Assembly: GCA_021613535.1 (NCBI GenBank)
Contig: CP075497.1
Location: 186,001-250,000 of the forward strand
Direction of reading: 5' to 3'
DNA from: Adineta vaga
Lineage: Eukaryota > Animalia > Rotifera
Length of the DNA: 64,000 bases
Each line of letters opens with the position of its first letter. The stretch's first letter is position 1. Below the pieces are notes generated by a model that saw only the letters and a list, made by a program, of their open reading frames with translations, had not been told where the DNA came from and did no database searches. Both the position numbers and the translations under genes were made by a program. Positions 35,801 to 53,800 of this stretch are shown here, piece after piece.

Positions 35801-38800
35801 ACCCATGTTAAGTTAGGAATATAGGAATCGATATAGTTTCATTTATATATAGATATATATACCTCACCCATGTTAAGTTAGGAATATAGGAATAGATATA
35901 GTTTCATTTATATATAGATATATATACCTCACCCATGTTAAGTTAGGAATATAGGAATAGATATAGTTTCATTTATATATAGATATATATACCTCACCCA
36001 TGTTAAGTTAGGAATATAGGAATAGATATAGTTTCATTTATATATAGATATATAGATATATATACCTCACCCATGTTATGTTAGGAATATAGGAATAGAT
36101 AAAGTTTCATTTATATATAGATATATATACCTCACCCATGTTAAGTTAGGAATATAGGAATCGATATAGTTTCATTTATATATAGATATATATACCTCAC
36201 CCATGTTAAGTTAGGAATATAGGAATAGATATAGTTTCATTTATATATAGATATATATACCTCACCCATGTTAAGTTAGGAATATAGGAATAGATATAGT
36301 TTCATTTATATATAGATATATATACCTCACCCATGTTAAGTTAGGAATATAGGAATCGATATAGTTTCATTTATATATAGATATATATACCTCACCCATG
36401 TTAAGTTAGGAATATAGGAATAGATATAGTTTCATTTATATATAGATATATATACCTCACCCATGTTAAGTTAGGAATATAGGAATAGATATAGTTTCAT
36501 TTATATATAGATATATAGATATATATACCTCACCCATGTTAAGTTAGGAATATAGGAATAGATATAGTTTCATTTATGTATAGATATATATACCTCACCC
36601 ATGTTATGTTAGGAATATAGGAATAGATAAAGTTTCATTTATATATAGATATATATACCTCACCCATGTTAAGTTAGGAATATAGGAATCGATATAGTTT
36701 CATTTATATATAGATATATATACCTCACCCATGTTAAGTTAGGAATATAGGAATAGATATAGTTTCATTTATATATAGATATATAGATATATATACCTCA
36801 CCCATGTTAAGTTAGGAATATAGGAATAGATATAGTTTCATTTATGTATAGATATATATACCTCACCCATGTTATGTTAGGAATATAGGAATAGATAAAG
36901 TTTCATTTATATATAGATATATATACCTCACCCATGTTATGTTAGGAATATAGGAATAGATAAAGTTTCATTTATATATAGATATATATACCTCACCCAT
37001 GTTAAGTTAGGAATATAGGAATAGATATAGTTTCATTTATATATAGATATATATACCTCACCCATGTTAAGTTAGGAATATAGGAATAGATATAGTTTCA
37101 TTTATATATAGATATATAGATATATATACCTCACCCATGTTAAGTTAGGAATATAGGAATAGATATAGTTTCATTTATGTATAGATATATATACCTCACC
37201 CATGTTATGTTAGGAATATAGGAATAGATATAGTTTCATTTATATATAGATATATAGATATATATACCTCACCCATGTTAAGTTAGGAATATAGGAATAG
37301 ATATAGTTTCATTTATGTATAGATATATATACCTCACCCATGTTATGTTAGGAATATAGGAATAGATATAGTTTCATTTATATATAGATATATATACCTC
37401 ACCCATGTTAAGTTAGGAATATAGGAATAGATATAGTTTCATTTATATATAGATATATAGATATATATACCTCACCCATGTTATGTTAGGAATATAGGAA
37501 TAGATAAAGTTTCATTTATATATAGATATATATACCTCACCCATGTTAAGTTAGGAATATAGGAATCGATATAGTTTCATTTATATATAGATATATATAC
37601 CTCACCCATGTTAAGTTAGGAATATAGGAATAGATATAGTTTCATTTATATATAGATATATATACCTCACCCATGTTAAGTTAGGAATATAGGAATAGAT
37701 ATAGTTTCATTTATATATAGATATATATACCTCACCCATGTTAAGTTAGGAATATAGGAATCGATATAGTTTCATTTATATATAGATATATATACCTCAC
37801 CCATGTTAAGTTAGGAATATAGGAATAGATATAGTTTCATTTATATATAGATATATATACCTCACCCATGTTAAGTTAGGAATATAGGAATAGATATAGT
37901 TTCATTTATGTATAGATATATATACCTCACCCATGTTATGTTAGGAATATAGGAATAGATAAAGTTTCATTTATATATAGATATATATATACCTCACCCA
38001 TGTTATGTTAGGAATATAGGAATAGATAAAGTTTCATTTATATATAGATATATATACCTCACCCATGTTAAGTTAGGAATATAGGAATAGATATAGTTTC
38101 ATTTATATATAGATATATATACCTCACCCATGTTAAGTTAGGAATATAGGAATAGATATAGTTTCATTTATATATAGATATATAGATATATATACCTCAC
38201 CCATGTTAAGTTAGGAATATAGGAATAGATATAGTTTCATTTATGTATAGATATATATACCTCACCCATGTTATGTTAGGAATATAGGAATAGATATAGT
38301 TTCATTTATATATAGATATATAGATATATATACCTCACCCATGTTAAGTTAGGAATATAGGAATAGATATAGTTTCATTTATGTATAGATATATATACCT
38401 CACCCATGTTATGTTAGGAATATAGGAATAGATATAGTTTCATTTATATATAGATATATATACCTCACCCATGTTAAGTTAGGAATATAGGAATAGATAT
38501 AGTTTCATTTATATATAGATATATATACCTCACCCATGTTAAGTTAGGAATATAGGAATAGATATAGTTTCATTTATATATAGATATATATACCTCACCC
38601 ATGTTAAGTTAGGAATATAGGAATAGATATAGTTTCATTTATGTATAGATATATATACCTCACCCATGTTATGTTAGGAATATAGGAATAGATAAAGTTT
38701 CATTTATATATAGATATATATACCTCACCCATGTTAAGTTAGGAATATAGGAATCGATATAGTTTCATTTATATATAGATATATATACCTCACCCATGTT

Positions 38801-41800
38801 AAGTTAGGAATATAGGAATAGATATAGTTTCATTTATATATAGATATATATACCTCACCCATGTTAAGTTAGGAATATAGGAATAGATATAGTTTCATTT
38901 ATATATAGATATATATACCTCACCCATGTTAAGTTAGGAATATAGGAATAGATATAGTTTCATTTATATATAGATATATAGATATATATACCTCACCCAT
39001 GTTATGTTAGGAATATAGGAATAGATAAAGTTTCATTTATATATAGATATATATACCTCACCCATGTTAAGTTAGGAATATAGGAATCGATATAGTTTCA
39101 TTTATATATAGATATATATACCTCACCCATGTTAAGTTAGGAATATAGGAATAGATATAGTTTCATTTATATATATAGATATATATACCTCACCCATGTT
39201 AAGTTAGGAATATAGGAATAGATATAGTTTCATTTATATATAGATATATATACCTCACCCATGTTAAGTTAGGAATATAGGAATCGATATAGTTTCATTT
39301 ATATATAGATATATATACCTCACCCATGTTAAGTTAGGAATATAGGAATAGATATAGTTTCATTTATATATAGATATATATACCTCACCCATGTTAAGTT
39401 AGGAATATAGGAATAGATATAGTTTCATTTATATATAGATATATAGATATATATACCTCACCCATGTTAAGTTAGGAATATAGGAATAGATATAGTTTCA
39501 TTTATGTATAGATATATATACCTCACCCATGTTATGTTAGGAATATAGGAATAGATAAAGTTTCATTTATATATAGATATATATACCTCACCCATGTTAA
39601 GTTAGGAATATAGGAATCGATATAGTTTCATTTATATATAGATATATATACCTCACCCATGTTAAGTTAGGAATATAGGAATAGATATAGTTTCATTTAT
39701 ATATAGATATATAGATATATATACCTCACCCATGTTAAGTTAGGAATATAGGAATAGATATAGTTTCATTTATGTATAGATATATATACCTCACCCATGT
39801 TATGTTAGGAATATAGGAATAGATAAAGTTTCATTTATATATAGATATATATACCTCACCCATGTTATGTTAGGAATATAGGAATAGATAAAGTTTCATT
39901 TATATATAGATATATATACCTCACCCATGTTAAGTTAGGAATATAGGAATAGATATAGTTTCATTTATATATAGATATATATACCTCACCCATGTTAAGT
40001 TAGGAATATAGGAATAGATATAGTTTCATTTATATATAGATATATAGATATATATACCTCACCCATGTTAAGTTAGGAATATAGGAATAGATATAGTTTC
40101 ATTTATGTATAGATATATATACCTCACCCATGTTATGTTAGGAATATAGGAATAGATAAAGTTTCATTTATATATAGATATATATACCTCACCCATGTTA
40201 AGTTAGGAATATAGGAATAGATATAGTTTCATTTATATATAGATATATAGATATATATACCTCACCCATGTTAAGTTAGGAATATAGGAATAGATATAGT
40301 TTCATTTATGTATAGATATATATACCCTCACCCATGTTATGTTAGGAATATAGGAATAGATAAAGTTTCATTTATATATAGATATATATACCTCACCCAT
40401 GTTATGTTAGGAATATAGGAATAGATAAAGTTTCATTTATATATAGATATATATACCTCACCCATGTTAAGTTAGGAATATAGGAATAGATATAGTTTCA
40501 TTTATATATAGATATATATACCTCACCCATGTTAAGTTAGGAATATAGGAATAGATATAGTTTCATTTATATATAGATATATAGATATATATACCTCACC
40601 CATGTTAAGTTAGGAATATAGGAATAGATATAGTTTCATTTATGTATAGATATATAGATATATATACCTCACCCATGTTAAGTTAGGAATATAGGAATAG
40701 ATATAGTTTCATTTATGTATAGATATATATACCTCACCCATGTTATGTTAGGAATATAGGAATAGATAAAGTTTCATTTATATATAGATATATATACCTC
40801 ACCCATGTTAAGTTAGGAATATAGGAATCGATATAGTTTCATTTATATATAGATATATATACCTCACCCATGTTAAGTTAGGAATATAGGAATAGATATA
40901 GTTTCATTTATATATAGATATATATACCTCACCCATGTTAAGTTAGGAATATAGGAATAGATATAGTTTCATTTATATATAGATATATATACCTCACCCA
41001 TGTTAAGTTAGGAATATAGGAATCGATATAGTTTCATTTATATATAGATATATATACCTCACCCATGTTAAGTTAGGAATATAGGAATAGATATAGTTTC
41101 ATTTATATATAGATATATATACCTCACCCATGTTAAGTTAGGAATATAGGAATAGATATAGTTTCATTTATATATAGATATATATACCTCACCCATGTTA
41201 AGTTAGGAATAATAGGAATAGATATAGTTTCATTTATATATAGATATATATACCTCACCCATGTTAAGTTAGGAATATAGGAATAGATATAGTTTCATTT
41301 ATATATAGATATATATACCTCACCCATGTTAAGTTAGGAATATAGGAATAGATATAGTTTCATTTATATATAGATATATAGATATATATACCTCACCCAT
41401 GTTAAGTTAGGAATATAGGAATAGATATAGTTTCATTTATGTATAGATATATATACCTCACCCATGTTATGTTAGGAATATAGGAATAGATATAGTTTCA
41501 TTTATATATAGATATATATACCTCACCCATGTTAAGTTAGGAATATAGGAATCGATATAGTTTCATTTATATATAGATATATATACCTCACCCATGTTAA
41601 GTTAGGAATATAGGAATAGATATAGTTTCATTTATATATAGATATATAGATATATATACCTCACCCATGTTAAGTTAGGAATATAGGAATAGATATAGTT
41701 TCATTTATGTATAGATATATATACCTCACCCATGTTATGTTAGGAATATAGGAATAGATAAAGTTTCATTTATATATAGATATATATACCTCACCCATGT

Positions 41801-44800
41801 TAAGTTAGGAATATAGGAATCGATATAGTTTCATTTATATATAGATATATATACCTCACCCATGTTAAGTTAGGAATATAGGAATAGATATAGTTTCATT
41901 TATATATAGATATATAGATATATATACCTCACCCATGTTAAGTTAGGAATATAGGAATAGATATAGTTTCATTTATGTATAGATATATATACCTCACCCA
42001 TGTTATGTTAGGAATATAGGAATAGATAAAGTTTCATTTATATATAGATATATATACCTCACCCATGTTAAGTTAGGAATATAGGAATCGATATAGTTTC
42101 ATTTATATATAGATATATATACCTCACCCATGTTAAGTTAGGAATATAGGAATAGATATAGTTTCATTTATATATAGATATATAGATATATATACCTCAC
42201 CCATGTTAAGTTAGGAATATAGGAATAGATATAGTTTCATTTATGTATAGATATATATACCTCACCCATGTTATGTTAGGAATATAGGAATAGATAAAGT
42301 TTCATTTATATATAGATATATATACCTCACCCATGTTATGTTAGGAATATAGGAATAGATAAAGTTTCATTTATATATAGATATATATACCTCACCCATG
42401 TTAAGTTAGGAATATAGGAATAGATATAGTTTCATTTATATATAGATATATATACCTCACCCATGTTAAGTTAGGAATATAGGAATAGATATAGTTTCAT
42501 TTATATATAGATATATAGATATATATACCTCACCCATGTTAAGTTAGGAATATAGGAATAGATATAGTTTCATTTATGTATAGATATATATACCTCACCC
42601 ATGTTATGTTAGGAATATAGGAATAGATATAGTTTCATTTATATATAGATATATATACCTCACCCATGTTAAGTTAGGAATATAGGAATAGATATAGTTT
42701 CATTTATATATAGATATATATACCTCACCCATGTTAAGTTAGGAATATAGGAATAGATATAGTTTCATTTATATATAGATATATATACCTCACCCATGTT
42801 AAGTTAGGAATATAGGAATAGATATAGTTTCATTTATATATAGATATATATACCTCACCCATGTTAAGTTAGGAATATAGGAATAGATATAGTTTCATTT
42901 ATATATAGATATATATACCTCACCCATGTTAAGTTAGGAATATAGGAATAGATATAGTTTCATTTATGTATAGATATATATACCTCACCCATGTTATGTT
43001 AGGAATATAGGAATAGATAAAGTTTCATTTATATATAGATATATATACCTCACCCATGTTAAGTTAGGAATATAGGAATCGATATAGTTTCATTTATATA
43101 TAGATATATATACCTCACCCATGTTAAGTTAGGAATATAGGAATAGATATAGTTTCATTTATATATAGATATATATACCTCACCCATGTTAAGTTAGGAA
43201 TATAGGAATAGATATAGTTTCATTTATATATAGATATATATACCTCACCCATGTTAAGTTAGGAATATAGGAATAGATATAGTTTCATTTATATATAGAT
43301 ATATAGATATATATACCTCACCCATGTTAAGTTAGGAATATAGGAATAGATATAGTTTCATTTATGTATAGATATATATACCTCACCCATGTTATGTTAG
43401 GAATATAGGAATAGATAAAGTTTCATTTATATATAGATATATATACCTCACCCATGTTAAGTTAGGAATATAGGAATCGATATAGTTTCATTTATATATA
43501 GATATATATACCTCACCCATGTTAAGTTAGGAATATAGGAATAGATAAAGTTTCATTTATATATAGATATATATACCTCACCCATGTTAAGTTAGGAATA
43601 TAGGAATAGATATAGTTTCATTTATGTATAGATATATATACCTCACCCATGTTATGTTAGGAATATAGGAATAGATAAAGTTTCATTTATATATAGATAT
43701 ATATACCTCACCCATGTTATGTTAGGAATATAGGAATAGATAAAGTTTCATTTATATATAGATATATATACCTCACCCATGTTAAGTTAGGAATATAGGA
43801 ATAGATATAGTTTCATTTATATATAGATATATATACCTCACCCATGTTATGTTAGGAATATAGGAATAGATAAAGTTTCATTTATATATAGATATATATA
43901 CCTCACCCATGTTAAGTTAGGAATATAGGAATAGATATAGTTTCATTTATATATAGATATATATACCTCACCCATGTTAAGTTAGGAATATAGGAATAGA
44001 TATAGTTTCATTTATATATAGATATATATACCTCACCCATGTTAAGTTAGGAATATAGGAATAGATATAGTTTCATTTATATATAGATATATATACCTCA
44101 CCCATGTTAAGTTAGGAATATAGGAATAGATATAGTTTCATTTATATATAGATATATATACCTCACCCATGTTAAGTTAGGAATATAGGAATAGATATAG
44201 TTTCATTTATATATAGATATATATACCTCACCCATGTTAAGTTAGGAATATAGGAATAGATATAGTTTCATTTATATATAGATATATATATACCTCACCC
44301 ATGTTAAGTTAGGAATATAGGAATAGATATAGTTTCATTTATATAGATATATATATATATACCTCACCCATGTTAAGTTAGGAATATAGGAATAGATATA
44401 GTTTCATTTATGTATAGATATATATACCTCACCCATGTTATGTTAGGAATATAGGAATAGATAAAGTTTCATTTATATATAGATATATATACCTCACCCA
44501 TGTTAAGTTAGGAATATAGGAATCGATATAGTTTCATTTATATATAGATATATATACCTCACCCATGTTAAGTTAGGAATATAGGAATAGATATAGTTTC
44601 ATTTATATATAGATATATATATACCTCACCCATGTTATGTTAGGAATATAGGAATAGATAAGTTTCATTTATATATAGATATATATACCTCACCCATGTT
44701 ATGTTAGGAATATAGGAATAGATAAAGTTTCATTTATATATAGATATATATACCTCACCCATGTTAAGTTAGGAATATAGGAATAGATATAGTTTCATTT

Positions 44801-47800
44801 ATATATAGATATATATACCTCACCCATGTTAAGTTAGGAATATAGGAATAGATATAGTTTCATTTATATATAGATATATATACCTCACCCATGTTAAGTT
44901 AGGAATATAGGAATAGATATAGTTTCATTTATATATAGATATATATACCTCACCCATGTTAAGTTAGGAATATAGGAATCGATATAGTTTCATTTATATA
45001 TAGATATATATACCTCACCCATGTTAAGTTAGGAATATAGGAATAGATATAGTTTCATTTATATATAGATATATATACCTCACCCATGTTAAGTTAGGAA
45101 TATAGGAATAGATATAGTTTCATTTATATATAGATATATATACCTCACCCATGTTAAGTTAGGAATATAGGAATAGATATAGTTTCATTTATATATAGAT
45201 ATATATACCTCACCCATGTTAAGTTAGGAATATAGGAATAGATATAGTTTCATTTATATATAGATATATATACCTCACCCATGTTAAGTTAGGAATATAG
45301 GAATAGATATAGTTTCATTTATATATAGATATATATACCTCACCCATGTTAAGTTAGGAATATAGGAATAGATATAGTTTCATTTATATATAGATATATA
45401 TACCTCACCCATGTTAAGTTAGGAATATAGGAATAGATATAGTTTCATTTATATATAGATATATATACCTCACCCATGTTAAGTTAGGAATATAGGAATA
45501 GATATAGTTTCATTTATATATAGATATATATACCTCACCCATGTTAAGTTAGGAATATAGGAATAGATATAGTTTCATTTATATATAGATATATATACCT
45601 CACCCATGTTAAGTTAGGAATATAGGAATAGATATAGTTTCATTTATATATAGATATATATACCTCACCCATGTTAAGTTAGGAATATAGGAATATAGTT
45701 TCATTTATATATAGATATATATACCTCACCCATGTTAAGTTAGGAATATAGGAATAGATATAGTTTCATTTATATATAGATATATATACCTCACCCATGT
45801 TAAGTTAGGAATATAGGAATAGATATAGTTTCATTTATATATAGATATATATACCTCACCCATGTTAAGTTAGGAATATAGGAATAGATATAGTTTCATT
45901 TATATATAGATATATATATATATATACCTCACCCATGTTAAGTTAGGAATATAGGAATAGATATAGTTTCATTTATATATAGATATATATACCTCACCCA
46001 TGTTCAGTTAGGAATATAGGAATAGAGATAGTTCCATTTACATATAGATATACCTCACCCATGTTCAGTTAGGAATATAGGAATAGATATACTTTCATTT
46101 ATATATAGATATACCTCACTCATGTTAAGTAAGGAATATAGGAATAGATATAGTTTCATTTATATATAGATATATATACCTCACCCATGTTAAGTTAGGA
46201 ATATAGGAATAGATATAGTTTCATTTATATATAGATATATAGATATATATACCTCACCCATGTTAAGTTAGGAATATAGGAATAGATATAGTTTCATTTA
46301 TATATAGATATATATACCTCACCCATGTTAAGTTAGGAATATAGGAATAGATATAGTTTCATTTATATATAGATATATAGATATATATACCTCACCCATG
46401 TTAAGTTAGGAATATAGGAATAGATATAGTTTCATTTATATATAGATATATATACCTCACCCATGTTAAGTTAGGAATATAGGAATAGATATAGTTTCAT
46501 TTATATATAGATATATATACCTCACCCATGTTAAGTTAGGAATATAGGAATAGATATAGTTTCATTTATATATAGATATATATACCTCACCCATGTTATG
46601 TTAGGAATACAGGAATAGATATAGTTTCATTTATATATAGATATATATACCTCACCCATGTTAAGTTAGGAATACAGGAATAGATATAGTTTCATTTATA
46701 TATAGATATATATACCTCACCCATGTTATGTTAGGAATACAGGAGTAGATATAGTTTCATTTATATATAGATATATATATACCTCACCCATGTTATGTTA
46801 GGAATACAGGAATAGATATAGTTTCATTTATATATAGATATATAGATATATATACCTCACCCATGTTAAGTTAGGAATATAGGAATAGATATAGTTTCAT
46901 TTATATATAGATATATAGATATATATACCTCACCCATGTTAAGTTAGGAATATAGGAATAGATATAGTTTCATTTATATATAGATATATATACCTCACCC
47001 ATGTTAAGTTAGGAATATAGGAATAGATATAGTTTCATTTATATATAGATATATATACCTCACCCATGTTAAGTTAGGAATATAGGAATAGATATAGTTT
47101 CATTTATATATAGATATATATACCTCACCCATGTTAAGTTAGGAATATAGGAATAGATATAGTTTCATTTATATATAGATATATATATATAACCCATGTT
47201 AAGTTAGGAATATAGGAATAGATATAGTTTCATTTATATATAGATATATAGATATATATACCTCACCCATGTTAAGTTAGGAATATAGGAATAGATATAG
47301 TTTCATTTATATATAGATATATATTCCTCACCCATGTTATGTTAGGAATACAGGAGTAGATATAGTTTCATTTATATATAGATATATATATACCTCACCC
47401 ATGTTATGTTAGGAATACAGGAATAGATATAGTTTCGTTTAAATATAGATATATATACCTCACCCATGTTAAGTTAGGAATACAGGAATAGATATAGTTT
47501 CATTTATATATAGATATATAGATATATATACCTCACCCATGTTAAGTTAGGAATATAGGAATAGATATAGTTTCATTTATATATAGATATATATACCTCA
47601 CCCATGTTAAGTTAGGAATATAGGAATAGATATAGTTTCATTTATATATAGATATATATACCTCACCCATGTTAAGTTAGGAATATAGGAATAGATATAG
47701 TTTCATTTATATATAGATATATAGATATATATACCTCACCCATGTTAAGTTAGGAATATAGGAATAGATATAGTTTCATTTATATATAGATATATATACC

Positions 47801-50800
47801 TCACCCATGTTAAGTTAGGAATATAGGAATAGATATAGTTTCATTTATATATAGATATATATACCTCACCCATGTTAAGTTAGGAATATAGGAATAGATA
47901 TAGTTTCATTTATATATAGATATATACCTCACCCATGTTAAGTTAGGAATATAGGAATAGATATAGTTTCATTTATATATAGATATATAGATATATATAC
48001 CTCACCCATGTTAAGTTAGGAATATAGGAATAGATATAGTTTCATTTATATATAGATATATATACCTCACCCATGTTAAGTTAGGAATATAGGAATAGAT
48101 ATAGTTTCATTTATATATAGATATATATACCTCACCCATGTTAAGTTAGGAATATAGGAATAGATATAGTTTCATTTATATATAGATATATATATATATA
48201 CCTCACCCATGTTAAGTTAGGAATATAGGAATAGATATAGTTTCATTTATATATAGATATATATACCTCACCCATGTTAAGTTAGGAATATAGGAATAGA
48301 TATAGTTTCATTTATATATAGATATAATATATATACCTCACCCATGTTAAGTTAGGAATATAGGAATAGATATAGTTTCATTTATATATAGATATATATA
48401 CCTCACCCATGTTAAGTTAGGAATATAGGAATAGATATAGTTTCATTTATATATAGATATATAGATATATATACCTTTAAGTTATTAATATAGGAATAGA
48501 TATAGTTTCATTTATATATATATATATAGATATATATACCTCACCCATGTTAAGTTAGGAATATAGGAATAGATATAGTTTCATTTATATATAGATATAT
48601 ATACCTCACCCATGTTAAGTTAGGAATATAGGAATAGATATAGTTTCATTTATATATAGATATATATATATATATACCTCACCCATGTTAAGTTAGGAAT
48701 ATAGGAATCGATATAGTTTCATTTATATATAGATATATATACCTCACCCATGTTAAGTTAGGAATATAGGAATAGATATAGTTTCATTTATATATAGATA
48801 TATAGATATATATACCTCACCCATGTTAAGTTAGGAATATAGGAATAGATATAGTTTCATTTATGTATAGATATATATACCTCACCCATGTTAAGTTAGG
48901 AATATAGGAATAGATATAGTTTCATTTATATATAGATATATATACCTCACCCATGTTAAGTTAGGAATATAGGAATCGATATAGTTTCATTTATATATAG
49001 ATATATATACCTCACCCATGTTAAGTTAGGAATATAGGAATAGATATAGTTTCATTTATATATAGATATATATACCTCACCCATGTTAAGTTAGGAATAT
49101 AGGAATAGATATAGTTTCATTTATATATAGATATATATACCTCACCCATGTTAAGTTAGGAATATAGGAATAGATATAGTTTCATTTATATATAGATATA
49201 TAGATATATATACCTCACCCATGTTAAGTTAGGAATATAGGAATAGATATAGTTTCATTTATATATAGATATATATACCTCACCCATGTTAAGTTAGGAA
49301 TATAGGAATAGATATAGTTTCATTTATATATAGATATATAGATATATATACCTCACCCATGTTAAGTTAGGAATATAGGAATCGATATAGTTTCATTTAT
49401 ATATAGATATATATACCTCACCCATGTTAAGTTAGGAATATAGGAATAGATATAGTTTCATTTATATATAGATATATATACCTCACCCATGTTAAGTTAG
49501 GAATATAGGAATAGATATAGTTTCATTTATATATAGATATATAGATATATATACCTCACCCATGTTAAGTTAGGAATATAGGAATAGATATAGTTTCATT
49601 TATGTATAGATATATATACCTCACCCATGTTAAGTTAGGAATATAGGAATAGATATAGTTTCATTTATATATAGATATATATACCTCACCCATGTTAAGT
49701 TAGGAATATAGGAATAGATATAGTTTCATTTATATATAGATATATATACCTCACCCATGTTAAGTTAGGAATATAGGAATAGATATAGTTTCATTTATAT
49801 ATAGATATATAGATATATATACCTCACCCATGTTAAGTTAGGAATATAGGAATAGATATAGTTTCATTTATATATAGATATATAGATATATATACCTCAC
49901 CCATGTTAAGTTAGGAATATAGGAATAGATATAGTTTCATTTATATATAGATATATATACCTCACCCATGTTAAGTTAGGAATATAGGAATAGATATAGT
50001 TTCATTTATATATAGATATATAGATATATATACCTCACCCATGTTAAGTTAGGAATATAGGAATCGATATAGTTTCATTTATATATAGATATATATACCT
50101 CACCCATGTTAAGTTAGGAATATAGGAATAGATATAGTTTCATTTATATATAGATATATATACCTCACCCATGTTAAGTTAGGAATATAGGAATAGATAT
50201 AGTTTCATTTATATATAGATATATATACCTCACCCATGTTAAGTTAGGAATATAGGAATAGATATAGTTTCATTTATATATAGATATATATACCTCACCC
50301 ATGTTATGTTAGGAATATAGGAATAGATATAGTTTCATTTATATATAGATATATATACCTCACCCATGTTAAGTTAGGAATATAGGAATAGATATAGTTT
50401 CATTTATATATAGATATATAGATATATATACCTCACACATGTTAAGTTAGGAATATAGGAATAGATATAGTTTCATTTATATATAGATATATAGATATAT
50501 ATACCTCACCCAATGTTAAGTTAGGAATATAGGAATAGATATAGTTTAGTTATAGATATATATAGATATATATACCTCACCCATGTTAAGTTAGGAATAT
50601 AGGAATAGATATAGTTTCATTTATGTATAGATATATATACCTCACCCATGTTATGTTAGGAATATAGGAATAGATAAAGTTTCATTTATATATAGATATA
50701 TATACCTCACCCATGTTAAGTTAGGAATATAGGAATCGATATAGTTTCATTTATATATAGATATATATACCTCACCCATGTTAAGTTAGGAATATAGGAA

Positions 50801-53800
50801 TAGATATAGTTTCATTTATATATAGATATATATACCTCACCCATGTTAAGTTAGGAATATAGGAATAGATATAGTTTCATATATATATAGATATATATAC
50901 CTCACCCATGTTAAGTTAGGAATATAGGAATAGATATAGTTTCATTTATATATAGATATATATACCTCACCCATGTTAAGTTAGGAATATAGGAATAGAT
51001 ATAGTTTCATTTATATATAGATATATATATATATATACCTCACCCATGTTAAGTTAGGAATATAGGAATAGATATAGTTTCATTTATATATAGATATATA
51101 TACCTCACCCATGTTAAGTTAGGAATATAGGAATAGATATAGTTTCATTTATATATAGATATATATACCTCACCCATGTTAAGTTAGGAATATAGGAATA
51201 GATATAGTTTCATTTATATATAGATATATATACCTCACCCATGTTAAGTTAGGAATATAGGAATAGATATAGTTTCATTTATATATAGATATATATACCT
51301 CACCCATGTTAAGTTAGGAATATAGGAATAGATATAGTTTCATTTATATATATATATATATACCTCACCCATGTTAAGTTAGGAATATAGGAATAGATAT
51401 AGTTTCATTTATATATAGATATATATACCTCACCCATGTTAAGTTAGGAATATAGGAATAGATATAGTTTCATTTATATATAGATATATATACCTCACCC
51501 ATGTTAAGTTAGGAATATAGGAATAGATAAAGTTTCATTTATATATAGATATATATACCTCACCCATGTTAAGTTAGGAATATAGGAATAGATATAGTTT
51601 CATTTATATATAGATATATATACCTCACCCATGTTAAGTTAGGAATATAGGAATAGATATAGTTTCATTTATATATAGATATATATACCTCACCCATGTT
51701 AAGTTAGGAATATAGGAATAGATATAGTTTCATTTATATATAGATATATATACCTCACCCATGTTAAGTTAGGAATATAGGAATAGATATAGTTTCATTT
51801 ATATATAGATATATAGATATATATACCTCACCCATGTTAAGTTAGGAATATAGGAATAGATATAGTTTCATTTATGTATAGATATATATACCTCACCCAT
51901 GTTATGTTAGGAATATAGGAATAGATATAGTTTCATTTATATATAGATATATATACCTCACCCATGTTAAGTTAGGAATATAGGAATCGATATAGTTTCA
52001 TTTATATATAGATATATATACCTCACCCATGTTAAGTTAGGAATATAGGAATAGATATAGTTTCATTTATATATAGATATATATACCTCACCCATGTTAA
52101 GTTAGGAATATAGGAATAGATATAGTTTCATTTATATATAGATATATATACCTCACCCATGTTAAGTTAGGAATATAGGAATAGATATAGTTTCATTTAT
52201 ATATAGATATATATACCTCACCCATGTTAAGTTAGGAATATAGGAATAGATATAGTTTCATTTATATATAGATATATATATACCTCACCCATGTTAAGTT
52301 AGGAATATAGGAATAGATATAGTTTCATTTATATATAGATATATATACCTCACCCATGTTAAGTTAGGAATATAGGAATAGATATAGTTTCATTTATATA
52401 TAGATATATATACCTCACCCATGTTAAGTTAGGAATATAGGAATAGATATAGTTTCATTTATATATAGATATATATACCTCACCCATGTTAAGTTAGGAA
52501 TATAGGAATAGATATAGTTTCATTTATATATAGATATATATACCTCACCCATGTTAAGTTAGGAATATAGGAATAGATATAGTTTCATTTATATATAGAT
52601 ATATATACCTCACCCATGTTAAGTTAGGAATATAGGAATAGATATAGTTTCATTTATATATAGATATATATACCTCACCCATGTTAAGTTAGGAATATAG
52701 GAATAGATATAGTTTCATTTATATATAGATATATATACCTCACCCATGTTAAGTTAGGAATATAGGAATCGATATAGTTTCATTTATATATAGATATATA
52801 TACCTCACCCATGTTAAGTTAGGAATATAGGAATAGATATAGTTTCATTTATATATAGATATATATACCTCACCCATGTTAAGTTAGGAATATAGGAATA
52901 GATATAGTTTCATTTATATATAGATATATATACCTCACCCATGTTAAGTTAGGAATATAGGAATAGATATAGTTTCATTTATATATAGATATATAGATAT
53001 ATATACCTCACCCATGTTAAGTTAGGAATATAGGAATAGATATAGTTTCATTTATATATAGATATATATACCTCACCCATGTTATGTTAGGAATATAGGA
53101 ATAGATATAGTTTCATTTATATATAGATATATATACCTCACCCATGTTAAGTTAGGAATATAGGAATAGATATAGTTTCATTTATATATAGATATATATA
53201 CCTCACCCATGTTAAGTTAGGAATATAGGAATAGATATAGTTTCATTTATATATAGATATATAGATATATATACCTCACCCATGTTAAGTTAGGAATATA
53301 GGAATAGATATAGTTTCATTTATATATAGATATATATACCTCACCCATGTTAAGTTAGGAATATAGGAATAGATATAGTTTCATTTATATATAGATATAT
53401 ATACCTCACCCATGTTAAGTTAGGAATATAGGAATAGATATAGTTTCATTTATATATAGATATATATACCTCACCCATGTTATGTTAGGAATACAGGAAC
53501 AGATATAGTTTCATTTATATATAGATATATATATACCTCACCCATGTTATGTTAGGAATACAGGAATAGATATAGTTTCATTTAAATATAGATATATATA
53601 TACCTCACCCATGTTATGTTAGGAATACAGGAATAGATATAGTTTCGTTTAAATATAGATATATATACCTCACCCATGTTAAGTTAGGAATATAGGAATA
53701 GATATAGTTTCATTTTATATATAGATATATATACCTCACCCATGTTAAGTTAGGAATATAGGAATAGATATAGTTTCATTTATATATAGATATATATACC